From an uncultured Candidatus Saccharibacteria bacterium (GTDB lineage Bacteria > Patescibacteriota > Minisyncoccia > Phycocordibacterales > UBA1006), in NCBI GenBank assembly GCA_964592365.1, contig CAZQDL010000003.1, positions 2,186-66,185 on the forward strand: a stretch of DNA of 64,000 nucleotides, in the 5' to 3' direction. Below the pieces are notes generated by a model. The model saw only the letters and a program-made list of their open reading frames with translations, was not told the origin of the DNA and made no database searches. Below are positions 1 to 9,744 of the stretch, one piece after another; the stretch's first letter is position 1, and every line of letters starts with the position of its first letter. Both the position numbers and the translations under genes were made by a program.

Positions 1-18
1 TAAATAGAAAACACCTTG

Positions 19-1329
19 TTATATCCTTCTTAGTATAACAAGGTGTTCAATATGAGGAGTGGATGGGAAAAGGTTGTATGCCTTAGAAAAGAGAAGCGTA
101 TATCCATCATTAACTTTTTGAATATCTTCATACTGCGTTAGTGGATTACATGATATATATACTATGTATTTAGGTTTCCTATTCTGAAGAACTTCTATTA
201 CCTTCTTGGTTAATCCACTTCTTGGAGGATCAACAACAACTACACTTTCAGTATTAATATCATCTAATGCGTCATCAACAGAACATTCATGACAGGTAAA
301 GTTTTTAATTTCATTTGCACGTGCATTATCTTCGCTATACAGCTTACTTAATTTACTATGCTCTACAGCAACAACCCTAGCTACTATATTAGCTAGTGAA
401 AGACCAATAACTCCAACCCCTGAAAAGAGATCAATCAATGTTCTTTCAGGCATATTTTCCTCCATATCAAGAATGGAATAAATATCTGAAGTAATGCTTT
501 CAAATGCTTCAGGATATATTTGAAAGAAAGAAGATGGGTGATATGAAAAAAACATTGAATCAATTTTTTCAGTAATGTTGATCTCACCTAAGTGATAGTA
601 GTCTTGTGTGCTTAATGTTGATCGGGTATCAGCAGGTGACTGTGAGACAAGAATACCTGAAATAAAGGAATGATTTAGAAATATATTTTCAAGCGCTGAT
701 TTTTTCCAAGGTATTAGCTTTCTTGTAGTTGATGGTACTAAAATCTGTACCGAAACAGTATCAGAAAAATATGAATAGCGAATAATTAAATAATTAATTT
801 CTATTGATGATATTTTTTGCTGTCTAAAAAAGTTAAGAAAAACATTTGCTGCTTTGGTAATTTTAGGATGTACAAGAATATTCTCTTCTTGAACATACGT
901 TGAGCCACCATCTTTCCCTCGCTTGTAATGAGCGAAATTAAGGATTCCTTTAGTCGTAGTAAAAGAATATGATCCTTTGTTTCGATAGTTTGTTCTTAAT
1001 GTCGGATGAGGTTCAATTTCTTTTGTTTGTGGAAACAATGCATTCACTAAATCCCTTTTTATCATCTGCTCTGATTCTGAAGATAGATAGAGCCAAGGAG
1101 CATGTGAGATATAAAAGGGTGGGGTAGTTGGTGTATATGAACGATGAGGTGATGCTATTTGAATGTGATTGAGTTCTGCATATGAAATGCCATATGCCTT
1201 TTTGTATATCGAAGCATCAACAACATCACCGGTATATGCTCCTAATATATGAATATCGTCTCCTTCATGTTGTGCGATGCCGTGACCATGTATACTCATT
1301 TTTTCAATACTGAGATTGCTTACTTTCAT
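19..1329 (-). CDS. 23S rRNA (uracil-C5)-methyltransferase, RlmD/TrmA family
   Basis: N-terminal TRAM-like region, YRNK, FFQ, DLFSGVG SAM motif, VVVDPPRSG, YISCNP, LFPSTPHIE. Start moved to ATG 1329, 6 nt after TATACT. Confidence 0.85.
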   Translation of the reverse strand: MKVSNLSIEKMSIHGHGIAQHEGDDIHILGAYTGDVVDASIYKKAYGISYAELNHIQIASPHRSYTPTTPPFYISHAPWLYLSSESEQMIKRDLVNALFPQTKEIEPHPTLRTNYRNKGSYSFTTTKGILNFAHYKRGKDGGSTYVQEENILVHPKITKAANVFLNFFRQQKISSIEINYLIIRYSYFSDTVSVQILVPSTTRKLIPWKKSALENIFLNHSFISGILVSQSPADTRSTLSTQDYYHLGEINITEKIDSMFFSYHPSSFFQIYPEAFESITSDIYSILDMEENMPERTLIDLFSGVGVIGLSLANIVARVVAVEHSKLSKLYSEDNARANEIKNFTCHECSVDDALDDINTESVVVVDPPRSGLTKKVIEVLQNRKPKYIVYISCNPLTQYEDIQKVNDGYTLLFSKAYNLFPSTPHIEHLVILRRI

Positions 1330-1395
1330 ACCAGAAGTATATATGAGAAATATCATATGTCTTGCTTCTGAGGATAAGCTACGTATACTAAAAGT

Positions 1396-3783
1396 ATGTC
1401 ATCTACACATTTTAATGCCAAAGAAATAGAAGAAAAATGGCAGAAGTACTGGGAGGATAATGAAATATATAAGGTAAATAATGTTCATCCAGAAAAAGAA
1501 AATAAATATATTCTGAGTGAATTTTCATATCCTTCAGGTAATCTCCATGTTGGTCACTGGTATTCTTTTGCATTACCAGACATGTATGCACGATACATGA
1601 GAATGAAAGGATACAATGTTCTGTACCCAACTGGGTTTGATGCTTTTGGACTTCCAGCAGAAAATGCTGCGATAAAATTAGGAAAGGATCCAAAAGAGTG
1701 GACCTGGAGTCACATGGAACTAATGCGAAAGCAACTAAAAAGCATGGGTGCAAGTTTTGATTGGTCACGAGAAATTGTTACAGCAAGTCCTTCATACTTC
1801 AAATGGACACAGTGGATGTTTAATACCTTCTTCAAAAATGATTTAGTATATCGAGATATTACAAAAGTAAATTGGTGTCAGAAGGATAAAACGATTCTTG
1901 CAAATGAACAGGTAGTTCATGGTAACTGTGAACGTTGTGGATCTGTGGTTGTTCAAAAGGACATGCCACAGTGGATGATTAGAATTAGTAACTTTGCTGA
2001 TTCTCTTGTTAGTGACTTAGATAATTTAGATTGGAATGAAGCGATAAAACAATCACAACGTGAATGGATTGGAAAAAAAGAAGGATATACTGTTTCCTTT
2101 GATATCAATCATGGGAACGAAATGGTAGGTAATGCTCCTGCTTTTACCACACGAATTGATACCATTTATGGAGTTTCATATCTTGTTTGTGCACCTGAAC
2201 ATAATCTTGTTCAAACATTATTACCATACCTTGAGAATGGTAGTGAAGTACTTTCATATATTCAAGAAGTACAAAAGAAATCTGATCTAGATAGACAGCA
2301 AACTAAGGAAAAAACAGGAGTGGTGTTACAAGGAGTACATGCCGTACATCCTTTAACTAAAGAAAGCATTCAATTATGGATTGCAGATTACGTTCTTGCT
2401 CACTTTGGAACAGGAATTGTAATGGCAGTTCCTGCTCATGATGAGAGAGATTATGAATTTGCTCAAAAATATAGTCTTGAGATTATTCCTGTTATTGATT
2501 CTTCCCAAAACCTTCCCTATACAGAAATGGGAAATCTTATTAACTCAGGTGAATATACAGGTAGTTCTTCTTCAGAGGCAATGCTTCGTATTGCACAGAA
2601 ACTTCAGTTAGCAAAAACAACAACATATCGTCTGAAAGATTGGGGTATTTCAAGACAGCGATATTGGGGATGTCCTATCCCTATCGTCTATGATCCTGAA
2701 GGAAAAGCACATGCTATTCCTGATGAATATCTACCATGGGAACTTCCAACTGACGTTGATCATACTCCTGATGGTACGGCACCACTTTCTCGATCTTTGG
2801 AATTAAAAGAAAGAACAGAGCGTATTTTTGGTAAGGGGTGGGTACCTGAAGTTGATACAATGGATGCTTTTGTGGACTCATCTTGGTACTTCTATCGGTA
2901 TTTAGATCCACAAAATGATATTCAATTTGCATCAAAAGAAGCAATGAAAGCTTGGACACCAGTTGATACCTATTTTGGTGGGGCTGAACATACTACCATG
3001 CACCTTCTGTATAGTAGGTTTTGGACAAAAGCACTCCATTTTCTTGGATTAGTACATGAATCTGAACCATATGTAAACAGGTATAATCGAGGATTAATTC
3101 TTGGTCCTGATGGTTCAAAAATGTCTAAGTCAAAAGGGAACGTAGTAGATCCAGATGAAATTGTTTCATACGTTGGAGCTGATACTGTGCGATGTTATCT
3201 TGCATTTATTGGTCCTTTTAATGAACCAGGAAATTATCCATGGGATCCTAATGGTGTTGTAGGTATCAAGAGATTTCTTGAACGTTCATATCGATTGAAG
3301 GATAAGATTACTACAGAATCTTCATCTACCTTAAATTCAGAACTCCATAAATTGATTTACAAGGTGGGTACTGACATTCCAAGATTAAAGTACAATACAG
3401 CAATATCTGCTTTGATGGTATTTGTTAATCTAGCGGAAAAGGAAGATATATCACAACAGGATTATTTGATATTCGTCCAACTCCTTGCTCCTTTTGCACC
3501 TCACCTTGCTGAAGAATTATGGTTTTCATTAGGTAAGGTTGATTCAGTTCATCTTTCTTTATGGCCATCATATGATGAGGCAATGCTTACTGATGATGTT
3601 GTAAATATGGCAATACAGGTAAATGGAAAGGTACGTACCATATTATCTGTACCATCTGATATTTCAGAAGAAACACTACGTGAAATGGTTATGAGTAACC
3701 CTGATATTCAAAAATGGATTTCAGGGAAAGTAATACAAAAGTTTATCTATATCCCAGGGCGAATTACAAATATTGTTGTATAG
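1396..3783 (+). CDS. leuS: Leucine--tRNA ligase
   Basis: YPSGNLHVGH, GFDAFGLPAENAA, editing domain GTGIVMAVPAHDERD, KMSKSKGN. Confidence 0.97.
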   Translation: MSSTHFNAKEIEEKWQKYWEDNEIYKVNNVHPEKENKYILSEFSYPSGNLHVGHWYSFALPDMYARYMRMKGYNVLYPTGFDAFGLPAENAAIKLGKDPKEWTWSHMELMRKQLKSMGASFDWSREIVTASPSYFKWTQWMFNTFFKNDLVYRDITKVNWCQKDKTILANEQVVHGNCERCGSVVVQKDMPQWMIRISNFADSLVSDLDNLDWNEAIKQSQREWIGKKEGYTVSFDINHGNEMVGNAPAFTTRIDTIYGVSYLVCAPEHNLVQTLLPYLENGSEVLSYIQEVQKKSDLDRQQTKEKTGVVLQGVHAVHPLTKESIQLWIADYVLAHFGTGIVMAVPAHDERDYEFAQKYSLEIIPVIDSSQNLPYTEMGNLINSGEYTGSSSSEAMLRIAQKLQLAKTTTYRLKDWGISRQRYWGCPIPIVYDPEGKAHAIPDEYLPWELPTDVDHTPDGTAPLSRSLELKERTERIFGKGWVPEVDTMDAFVDSSWYFYRYLDPQNDIQFASKEAMKAWTPVDTYFGGAEHTTMHLLYSRFWTKALHFLGLVHESEPYVNRYNRGLILGPDGSKMSKSKGNVVDPDEIVSYVGADTVRCYLAFIGPFNEPGNYPWDPNGVVGIKRFLERSYRLKDKITTESSSTLNSELHKLIYKVGTDIPRLKYNTAISALMVFVNLAEKEDISQQDYLIFVQLLAPFAPHLAEELWFSLGKVDSVHLSLWPSYDEAMLTDDVVNMAIQVNGKVRTILSVPSDISEETLREMVMSNPDIQKWISGKVIQKFIYIPGRITNIVV

Positions 3784-3790
3784 ATATATT

Positions 3791-3823
3791 AAAAAAAGTG
3801 AGTGGAATACACTCACTTTTTTT
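3791..3823 (+). terminator. Intrinsic terminator after leuS
   Basis: AAAAAAAGTGAGTG-gaata-CACTCACTTTTTTT inverted repeat with T tract. Confidence 0.85.
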
Positions 3824-3855
3824 ATTTAACAAGGTGCGTTACACTAGACACAATA

Positions 3856-5532
3856 ATGGATCGATTTTTCAGATTATTTAATAAGGAATTTTCAAAAATC
3901 TCTGAGGCAGCAATTGTCTTAGGAACTTTTACCTTTTTCTCTCAGATTCTTGCTATTGTTAGAGATCGATTACTTGCAGGTCAAATAGGACCAGGAGATC
4001 TTCTTGATGTGTATTATGCTGCTTTTAGAATTCCTGATTTACTTTTTACCTTAGGAGCTGCTCTTGTATCAGTTTCCATTTTACTTCCATTTTTCGATAC
4101 CCAACTTCAAATAGGAAAAGAAAAAGCTCGGTCATTTATTAATGATGTATTCACAAGTTTTTTTGGTTTTATCGTAGTGTTGGCAATCTTACTTTGGATT
4201 GCTATGCCGTATATAATTCCAGAATTATTCTCTGGGTTCAATGAAGTAATGCTTGCTGATACTATTTATCTTTCACGCATTATGCTCTTGTCACCAATAC
4301 TTCTTGGTATTTCAAATCTCTTTGCAACCATTACTCAGGCTTACAAGAAATTTTTTGTCTATGCTTTAGCTCCAGTGTTTTATAATATTGGGATTATTAT
4401 CGGAGTTGTATGGCTGTATCCTGAATTTGGAATTCCAGGTTTTGCTTATGGGGTTGTTATCGGAGCATTGCTACACATGGCAATACAAGTTCCTGTGGTT
4501 ATTTCACAAGGATTTCTCCCTAAACTTAGTTCATCAATTGATTGGAACCATATCTGGCAAGTACTTAAAAATTCACTTCCTCGAACACTTACTCTTTCAA
4601 TGTCGAAAATTGTTTTCTTGATTTTTGTGTCACTTGCTTCAGGACTAGCAACAGGTGCAATTTCTGTTTTTAATCTTGCATACAATTTGCAATCAGTACC
4701 CCTTGCACTTATTGGGGTTTCCTATTCAGTAGCAGCTTTTCCAACACTTGTTCAGTATTATAACAGTGAAAATTTTCATGAATTTATGCAACATGTAATG
4801 ATTCCAATTCGTCAGATTATTTTTTGGTCATTACCGGTAATTTCTCTTTTTATCGTACTTCGAGCACAGATTGTTAGAGTAATCTTAGGAACAGGGAACT
4901 TTGATTGGTCAGACACTAGATTAACCGCAGCAGCCTTAGCTATGTTTATCATTTCAGTAGTTGCTCAAAGCATTACCTTATTAATTGTACGCGCATACTA
5001 TGCCGCAGGAAAAACATGGAAACCTTTGTTGATAACAATATCATCATCGGTATTTTCTGTGTTAGGTGCGTATTCTTTGGTAAGTTTCTATCAACAAAAT
5101 GAACTATTTCAATGGTTCTTTGAATATCTTCTTCGTGTACAAGGAGTGCCTGGTTCTGTGGTAATTATGCTACCTTTTGCATTCTCAATTGGAATGTTTA
5201 TCAACCTTTTGTTCCTGTGGCTTGCGTTTAAGAAAGATTTTAATTATCAACCTATCTATCAAATTTCAACTACGGTACGTCAATCATTAACAGCATCTTT
5301 GTTGATAGGTATATCAGCATATTTTTCACTTCAGATTTTCGATCCTTTCTTTCGAGATGATAAGGTATTGGATGTATTGGGACATGCCGGAATATCAGGG
5401 GTACTAGGTGTTCTTATTGGAATTTGCTATTTGCTTCTTATTAAGAACCAAGAGATTATGCTACTTGTAGGTCTTATGAAGAGAAAATTTGGTACTGTTC
5501 ATCTAAGAGGGCAAGGTGATATTGGATTATAA
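3856..5532 (+). CDS. murJ: Lipid II flippase MurJ (MviN)
   Basis: RDRLLA, YYAAFRIPD, multiple TM helices, RAYYA. Start moved to ATG 3856 because the GTG at 3802 lies inside the terminator. Confidence 0.9.
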   Translation: MDRFFRLFNKEFSKISEAAIVLGTFTFFSQILAIVRDRLLAGQIGPGDLLDVYYAAFRIPDLLFTLGAALVSVSILLPFFDTQLQIGKEKARSFINDVFTSFFGFIVVLAILLWIAMPYIIPELFSGFNEVMLADTIYLSRIMLLSPILLGISNLFATITQAYKKFFVYALAPVFYNIGIIIGVVWLYPEFGIPGFAYGVVIGALLHMAIQVPVVISQGFLPKLSSSIDWNHIWQVLKNSLPRTLTLSMSKIVFLIFVSLASGLATGAISVFNLAYNLQSVPLALIGVSYSVAAFPTLVQYYNSENFHEFMQHVMIPIRQIIFWSLPVISLFIVLRAQIVRVILGTGNFDWSDTRLTAAALAMFIISVVAQSITLLIVRAYYAAGKTWKPLLITISSSVFSVLGAYSLVSFYQQNELFQWFFEYLLRVQGVPGSVVIMLPFAFSIGMFINLLFLWLAFKKDFNYQPIYQISTTVRQSLTASLLIGISAYFSLQIFDPFFRDDKVLDVLGHAGISGVLGVLIGICYLLLIKNQEIMLLVGLMKRKFGTVHLRGQGDIGL

Positions 5533-5572
5533 TCTTTGCAGTTTATAACTTTCTGGTAACATACAAGTGACT

Positions 5573-7366
5573 ATGAACCTCTCTCATATTAGAAATTTTT
5601 CAATCATTGCCCATATTGATCATGGTAAATCTACTCTTGCAGATAGAATGCTTGAAATTACCAAAACTATTCCTGAACGTAACATGCGAAATCAGATGCT
5701 TGATACCATGGAGTTAGAGCAAGAACGGGGAATTACCATCAAAATGCAACCAGTTCGCATGGAGCATGAATATATGGGAAATACCTATATCTTAAACCTG
5801 ATTGATACTCCAGGACACATTGATTTTTCATATGAGGTATCACGAGCATTAAAAGCTGTTGAAGGTTCAATTCTTTTGGTTGACGCAACACAGGGTATTC
5901 AAGCTCAAACTTTTACCACACTTGAAATGGCACAGAATGCAGGACTTAAAATTATCCCTGCACTTTCAAAAGTTGATTCACCACTAGCAAGAGTAGATGA
6001 AGTTTGTCAGGAAGTAATGAAACTGTTGAGTTGTAACAAGGAAGATATTTTACTTGTTTCTGGAAAAACTGGTGAGGGAGTAAAAAGTCTTTTGGATCAT
6101 GTAATTGAAACTATCCCAGAGCCAAAAGAGATTGAAGTTGATACTGATAGTTTTAGATCCTTGGTATTTGATTTTGAATATTCAAATCATAAGGGGGTAA
6201 TTATATATATCAGAGTGACTGATGGTGTGGTAAAGAAGGGGGATCAAATGTTTTTCAAGGTATCTGGAAGAAAATTCTTTGCACTTGAGGTAGGAGTGTT
6301 TAAACCTAATGCACACCCAACTGATGAGCTGAAAGCAGGGGAAATTGGATACATCGTAACGGGTATTAAGGAGGCACGAGTTGCAAAGGTTGGGGACACC
6401 GTTACTTTATTCAAAAAACCACTTGATACTCTCTTGGGATACCAAGAGCCGAGCCCTGTTGTATGGGCTTCAGTATATCCAGAAGAAACAGATGATTTTG
6501 AATTACTTAAGTCTGCGTTAGGAAAACTACAGTTGTCTGATTCTTCATTTAGTTTTGAAGAGGAAACTTCAGGAAGTCTAGGTAGAGGATTTAGATGTGG
6601 TTTTTTGGGAATGCTTCACCTTGAAATTATTTCAGAGAGATTACGAAGAGAGTTTCATCTTGAATTAATTATCACCATGCCTTCAGTTACCTATGAGGTA
6701 ATGAAGAAAAATGAAGAGATGGTTACCGTGTATTCAGCTGCACTATTCCCAGACTATGGTGATGTTGCTCTTGTTGAAGAACCATGGGTTGAGATTAAAA
6801 TCATTAGCCCTGGAGAATATTTAGGTAATATTATGCAACTTCTGTTTGAACATGAGGGTGAGGTCTTAGAGACTATTACTTTCTCAGATGAAAGAACACA
6901 GTTGGTAGTTATGATGCCACTTCGTGAACTTATGAGAAATTTCTTTGATAATTTGAAGTCAGTATCTTCAGGATTCGCATCAATTTCATATGAAATTAAG
7001 GAGATGCGAAGTGCTGATGTTACCCGTCTTGATATTCTTGTTGCAGAAGAACCTGTTGCAGCATTTTCAAGAATCGTTTCTTTGCGAAGAGTTGAGGAGG
7101 AAGGTGAGAAATCGGTTGAAAAACTATATGAATCACTTCCTAAGCAAATGTTCGTAGTGAAGATTCAAGCAAAAGCTTTAGGAAGGATTATTTCATCTCG
7201 AACTCTCAAAGCAATGAGAAAAGATGTTACCGCTAAATTATATGGTGGAGACATCACAAGAAAGATGAAGCTTCGAGAAAAACAAAAGAAGGGTAAAAAG
7301 AAAATGGCTGAAATTGGAAAAGTTACCATTCCACATAATGTGTTTCTAAAGATGATGAAGAAATAG
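5573..7366 (+). CDS. lepA: Elongation factor 4 (LepA)
   Basis: IRNFSIIAHIDHGKSTLADR, DTPGHIDF, GFRCGFLGMLHLEI, YGGDITRKMKL. Confidence 0.97.
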   Translation: MNLSHIRNFSIIAHIDHGKSTLADRMLEITKTIPERNMRNQMLDTMELEQERGITIKMQPVRMEHEYMGNTYILNLIDTPGHIDFSYEVSRALKAVEGSILLVDATQGIQAQTFTTLEMAQNAGLKIIPALSKVDSPLARVDEVCQEVMKLLSCNKEDILLVSGKTGEGVKSLLDHVIETIPEPKEIEVDTDSFRSLVFDFEYSNHKGVIIYIRVTDGVVKKGDQMFFKVSGRKFFALEVGVFKPNAHPTDELKAGEIGYIVTGIKEARVAKVGDTVTLFKKPLDTLLGYQEPSPVVWASVYPEETDDFELLKSALGKLQLSDSSFSFEEETSGSLGRGFRCGFLGMLHLEIISERLRREFHLELIITMPSVTYEVMKKNEEMVTVYSAALFPDYGDVALVEEPWVEIKIISPGEYLGNIMQLLFEHEGEVLETITFSDERTQLVVMMPLRELMRNFFDNLKSVSSGFASISYEIKEMRSADVTRLDILVAEEPVAAFSRIVSLRRVEEEGEKSVEKLYESLPKQMFVVKIQAKALGRIISSRTLKAMRKDVTAKLYGGDITRKMKLREKQKKGKKKMAEIGKVTIPHNVFLKMMKK

Positions 7367-7416
7367 CAAAAAGAGGATTTCCACCCTCTTTTTTGTATGT
7401 GGTATACTCATGCCAT

Positions 7417-7971
7417 ATGAAAGCTATTATTGGAATAACCGGGTTAAATGGAGCAGGGAAGAGTACCCTAGCTGAATATTTAAAAGATCACAAAGGATTT
7501 ACTCACTTGAGTTTCAGAGCATTTATCACCAAAGAACTTGAAAAAAGATCACTACCTCCTATTCGTGAAAACATGAGAAGTGTTGCAAATGAAATACGAA
7601 TGAAGCACGGTTCTGGATATTTCTTTGAACAGATGAAAGAAATTTCAGATTCAAGTGATGTACCTATTGTCATTGAATCATTACGAACAGTGAATGAGGT
7701 ACATCATTTAAAGGAAATAGGTGGAATCCTTATCGCAACAACTGCTCCTATCGAAGAGAGGTATATGCGTGTGGTAAAGCGTGGTTCATCAACAGACATG
7801 GTGAGTTTTGATGAGTTTAGTGATCTTGAATACAAAGAATCAATATCAGAGAATCCTGATATCCAGAATCTTCCAAAAGTGGTAGCAATGGCTGATTATC
7901 AAATTGAAAACATTAATCTTGATGATTTTCTTGTGAAGGTAGATTTAGTTCTTCAAGAAATTTTAGAGTAA
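7417..7971 (+). CDS. P-loop nucleoside/nucleotide kinase-like protein (dephospho-CoA/CMP kinase-like fold)
   Basis: GITGLNGAGKST Walker A, IVIESLR, lid R..R...RG, ADYQIEN. Confidence 0.7.
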   Translation: MKAIIGITGLNGAGKSTLAEYLKDHKGFTHLSFRAFITKELEKRSLPPIRENMRSVANEIRMKHGSGYFFEQMKEISDSSDVPIVIESLRTVNEVHHLKEIGGILIATTAPIEERYMRVVKRGSSTDMVSFDEFSDLEYKESISENPDIQNLPKVVAMADYQIENINLDDFLVKVDLVLQEILE

Positions 7972-7994
7972 AAAAACTTCCTTGTGGAAGTTTT

Positions 7995-8105
7995 TTAATA
8001 GGTGAAGAATGAGTACAACATGACCATACTCACTGAAACAAGGATTCCAACAACAATCATGAATCCTTTAATTCTTTTTCTTCCTTTTTTGCTAAACATA
8101 TTCAT
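7995..8105 (-). CDS. Small single-TM protein, 36 aa (not in ORF track)
   Basis: MNMFSKKGRKRIKGFMIVVGILVSVSMVMLYSFFTY*. TATACT lies just upstream; the stop is in the bidirectional terminator at 7971-7996. Confidence 0.7.
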   Translation of the reverse strand: MNMFSKKGRKRIKGFMIVVGILVSVSMVMLYSFFTY

Positions 8106-8161
8106 ACCAAATGAGTATACGATATTGCTTCAATTCTGAAAAGCAATATACTTTAGTTACT

Positions 8162-8455
8162 ATGGTACGAAAAAGGCATAAAAGAATAATGCATCATCCC
8201 TTGGTCCATTTTTTTATGTTTCTCGTACTTATCCTCCTTGTACGTTCAACATATCACTCATTTCAAAAGCGAAAGATATCCAATGAGGAGCAAAAAAGAT
8301 ATCAAGATGAGTACGAATACCTTTTAGAGAAAAAAACCTCTCTTGAGGCAAATATTGAGCGTTTAAAGACAGAAAGGGGTCGAGAGGAAGAATATCGAGA
8401 ACGATTCAATGTTGTACGAGAAGGAGAATCAGTAATTAGGATCATTGAAGAATAG
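8162..8455 (+). CDS. Septum formation initiator FtsB/DivIC-like protein
   Basis: N-terminal TM, coiled coil, C-terminal E...RERFNVVREGE pattern. Confidence 0.75.
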   Translation: MVRKRHKRIMHHPLVHFFMFLVLILLVRSTYHSFQKRKISNEEQKRYQDEYEYLLEKKTSLEANIERLKTERGREEEYRERFNVVREGESVIRIIEE

Positions 8456-8513
8456 CCAAGTGAATGTCATATGATATACTTAACAGTATTACAAGATTAA
8501 TACTTTAAAAAAT

Positions 8514-8747
8514 ATGAAAGAAGTAAAAATTTATTCAACACCAAGTTGTCATTTCTGCCACATGGCTAAAGATTTCTTTTCAGATGAAGGTATTCAATAT
8601 ATTGAATATAACGTAGCTGAAGATCAAGAAAAAAGAGCTGAAATGGTAGAGAGAACAGGACAAATGGGAGTTCCTGTTATTGAAATCGGAGGTGAAATAG
8701 TAATTGGATTTAATGAATCAAAGATAAAAGAATTATTAAATGCATAA
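8514..8747 (+). CDS. Glutaredoxin-like protein (NrdH/YruB family)
   Basis: IYSTPSCHFC active site, TGQMGVPVI, IGFN. Confidence 0.9.
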   Translation: MKEVKIYSTPSCHFCHMAKDFFSDEGIQYIEYNVAEDQEKRAEMVERTGQMGVPVIEIGGEIVIGFNESKIKELLNA

Positions 8748-8811
8748 CATAAAAAGCACTTTATAGGTGCTTTTTATGTTGACCATTTAGAATATATTGC
8801 TATTATCATCA

Positions 8812-8962
8812 TTAGAACATATTAATTTTATATATATTCGAGCAAGGAGTTCGTTTACTACACCGCATTCTTCTTTTTCTTTTCCTTGCTCGTTTTGAAT
8901 ATTCAGGCCCTTCATAGGGCAATCTATATATTCGAAACCCTCAACATACGTTGAGGGTTTTT
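8812..8962 (+). ncRNA. Candidate small RNA A (ORF-less transcription unit)
   Basis: TTGACC-16-TATTAT with extended TG (8779-8806), 10-bp stem 8839-8848/8883-8892, hairpin 8907-8920, terminator 8935-8962. Confidence 0.5.
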
Positions 8963-9004
8963 CCATTGTAAATTTATCTTAGCTGATTATAATACCCAAG
9001 GTAT

Positions 9005-9076
9005 GTCCTCATAGTTCAATGGATAGAACGGAAACCTCCTAAGTTTCAGATCCAGGTTCGATTCCCGGTGTGGACA
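9005..9076 (+). tRNA. tRNA-Arg (CCT)
   Basis: Cloverleaf with anticodon arm GAAAC-CTCCTAA-GTTTC and T loop TTCGATT. Promoter TTGTAA-16-TATAAT upstream. CCA not encoded. Confidence 0.93.
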
Positions 9077-9281
9077 CAATAAAGAAATAATAAAGTCTCA
9101 CAGAATTGAGATTTTTATTTTGTATAAAATAATTTATACTCAAAAAATGAACAGGGATTATATTAATGCACAGTCAGAAAAATATAAATCACTTGAACCT
9201 TGTTATTTTTTGTATCATAATATATGTATTTAATTAATATTTATTTAGCTTGCAGGAGTTTTGAAGTATGTTATGATAATT

Positions 9282-9393
9282 ATGAATTTGAGCACTTTAA
9301 AATTTAATTTATATATCGTGCAAAAATTCATTGGAAATCTATTTCCATGTTTGTATCATAATTTAAAGCGACTGTATTCCCAGTCGCTTTTTC
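9282..9393 (+). ncRNA. Candidate small RNA B
   Basis: TTGCAG-16-TATGAT promoter (9250-9277), two hairpins (9282-9331, 9332-9347), terminator AAAGCGACTG-tattcc-CAGTCGCTTTTT (9365-9392). Confidence 0.35.
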
Positions 9394-9650
9394 TTTACTT
9401 AATGTCCTATCTGCAGATCCAAAACCTAAGTCAAATATGTCAATGAACTTTAATTCAAAGGATGTTTTTAAATTAAAACATCAAATTAATGATTAATATG
9501 ATGTAAAGATATAAAAATATTATAAATTTCATTGTATTACGATGAAAAAAAAATATTATTTTTATTTTGTGTTATAAAAATACTTTAGTAATTTGCGAAA
9601 AAGAAAAAAACAGGAAGTCCATTTTTTAAGTGTCATGGAGGAAAAAAGAC

Positions 9651-9744
9651 AAAAAAATACTAAGAACAAGTCTTAGTATTTTTTAAATGCCTATTGCTAA
9701 CTTAAGAATTCATTAGTTAGGGAGGGACTTGCGTCCATAGGCAT
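9651..9744 (-). ncRNA. Candidate small RNA C (three-way junction plus terminator)
   Basis: Minus-strand TTGCAT-17-TATAAA promoter, P1 AUGCCUAU/AUAGGCAU, GGAC-GCAA-GUCC GNRA hairpin, CUAACU/AGUUAG stem, long terminator hairpin 9651-9684. Confidence 0.55.

Noticed and set aside
1357-1395. T-box leaders for leuS, valS, trpS or gltX
   Set aside because: Upstream gaps are too short and lack the GGTGGNACC motif; these genes look leaderless or translationally coupled.
9261-9446. 61-aa ORF after AGGAG
   Set aside because: TTG start too close to the AGGAG, low-complexity AT-driven sequence, and it runs through a strong terminator at 9365-9392.
9687-9744. Hammerhead ribozyme or SRP RNA identity for candidate sRNA C
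   Set aside because: It lacks the CUGAnGA/GAAA core in the junction and the SRP domain IV motif.
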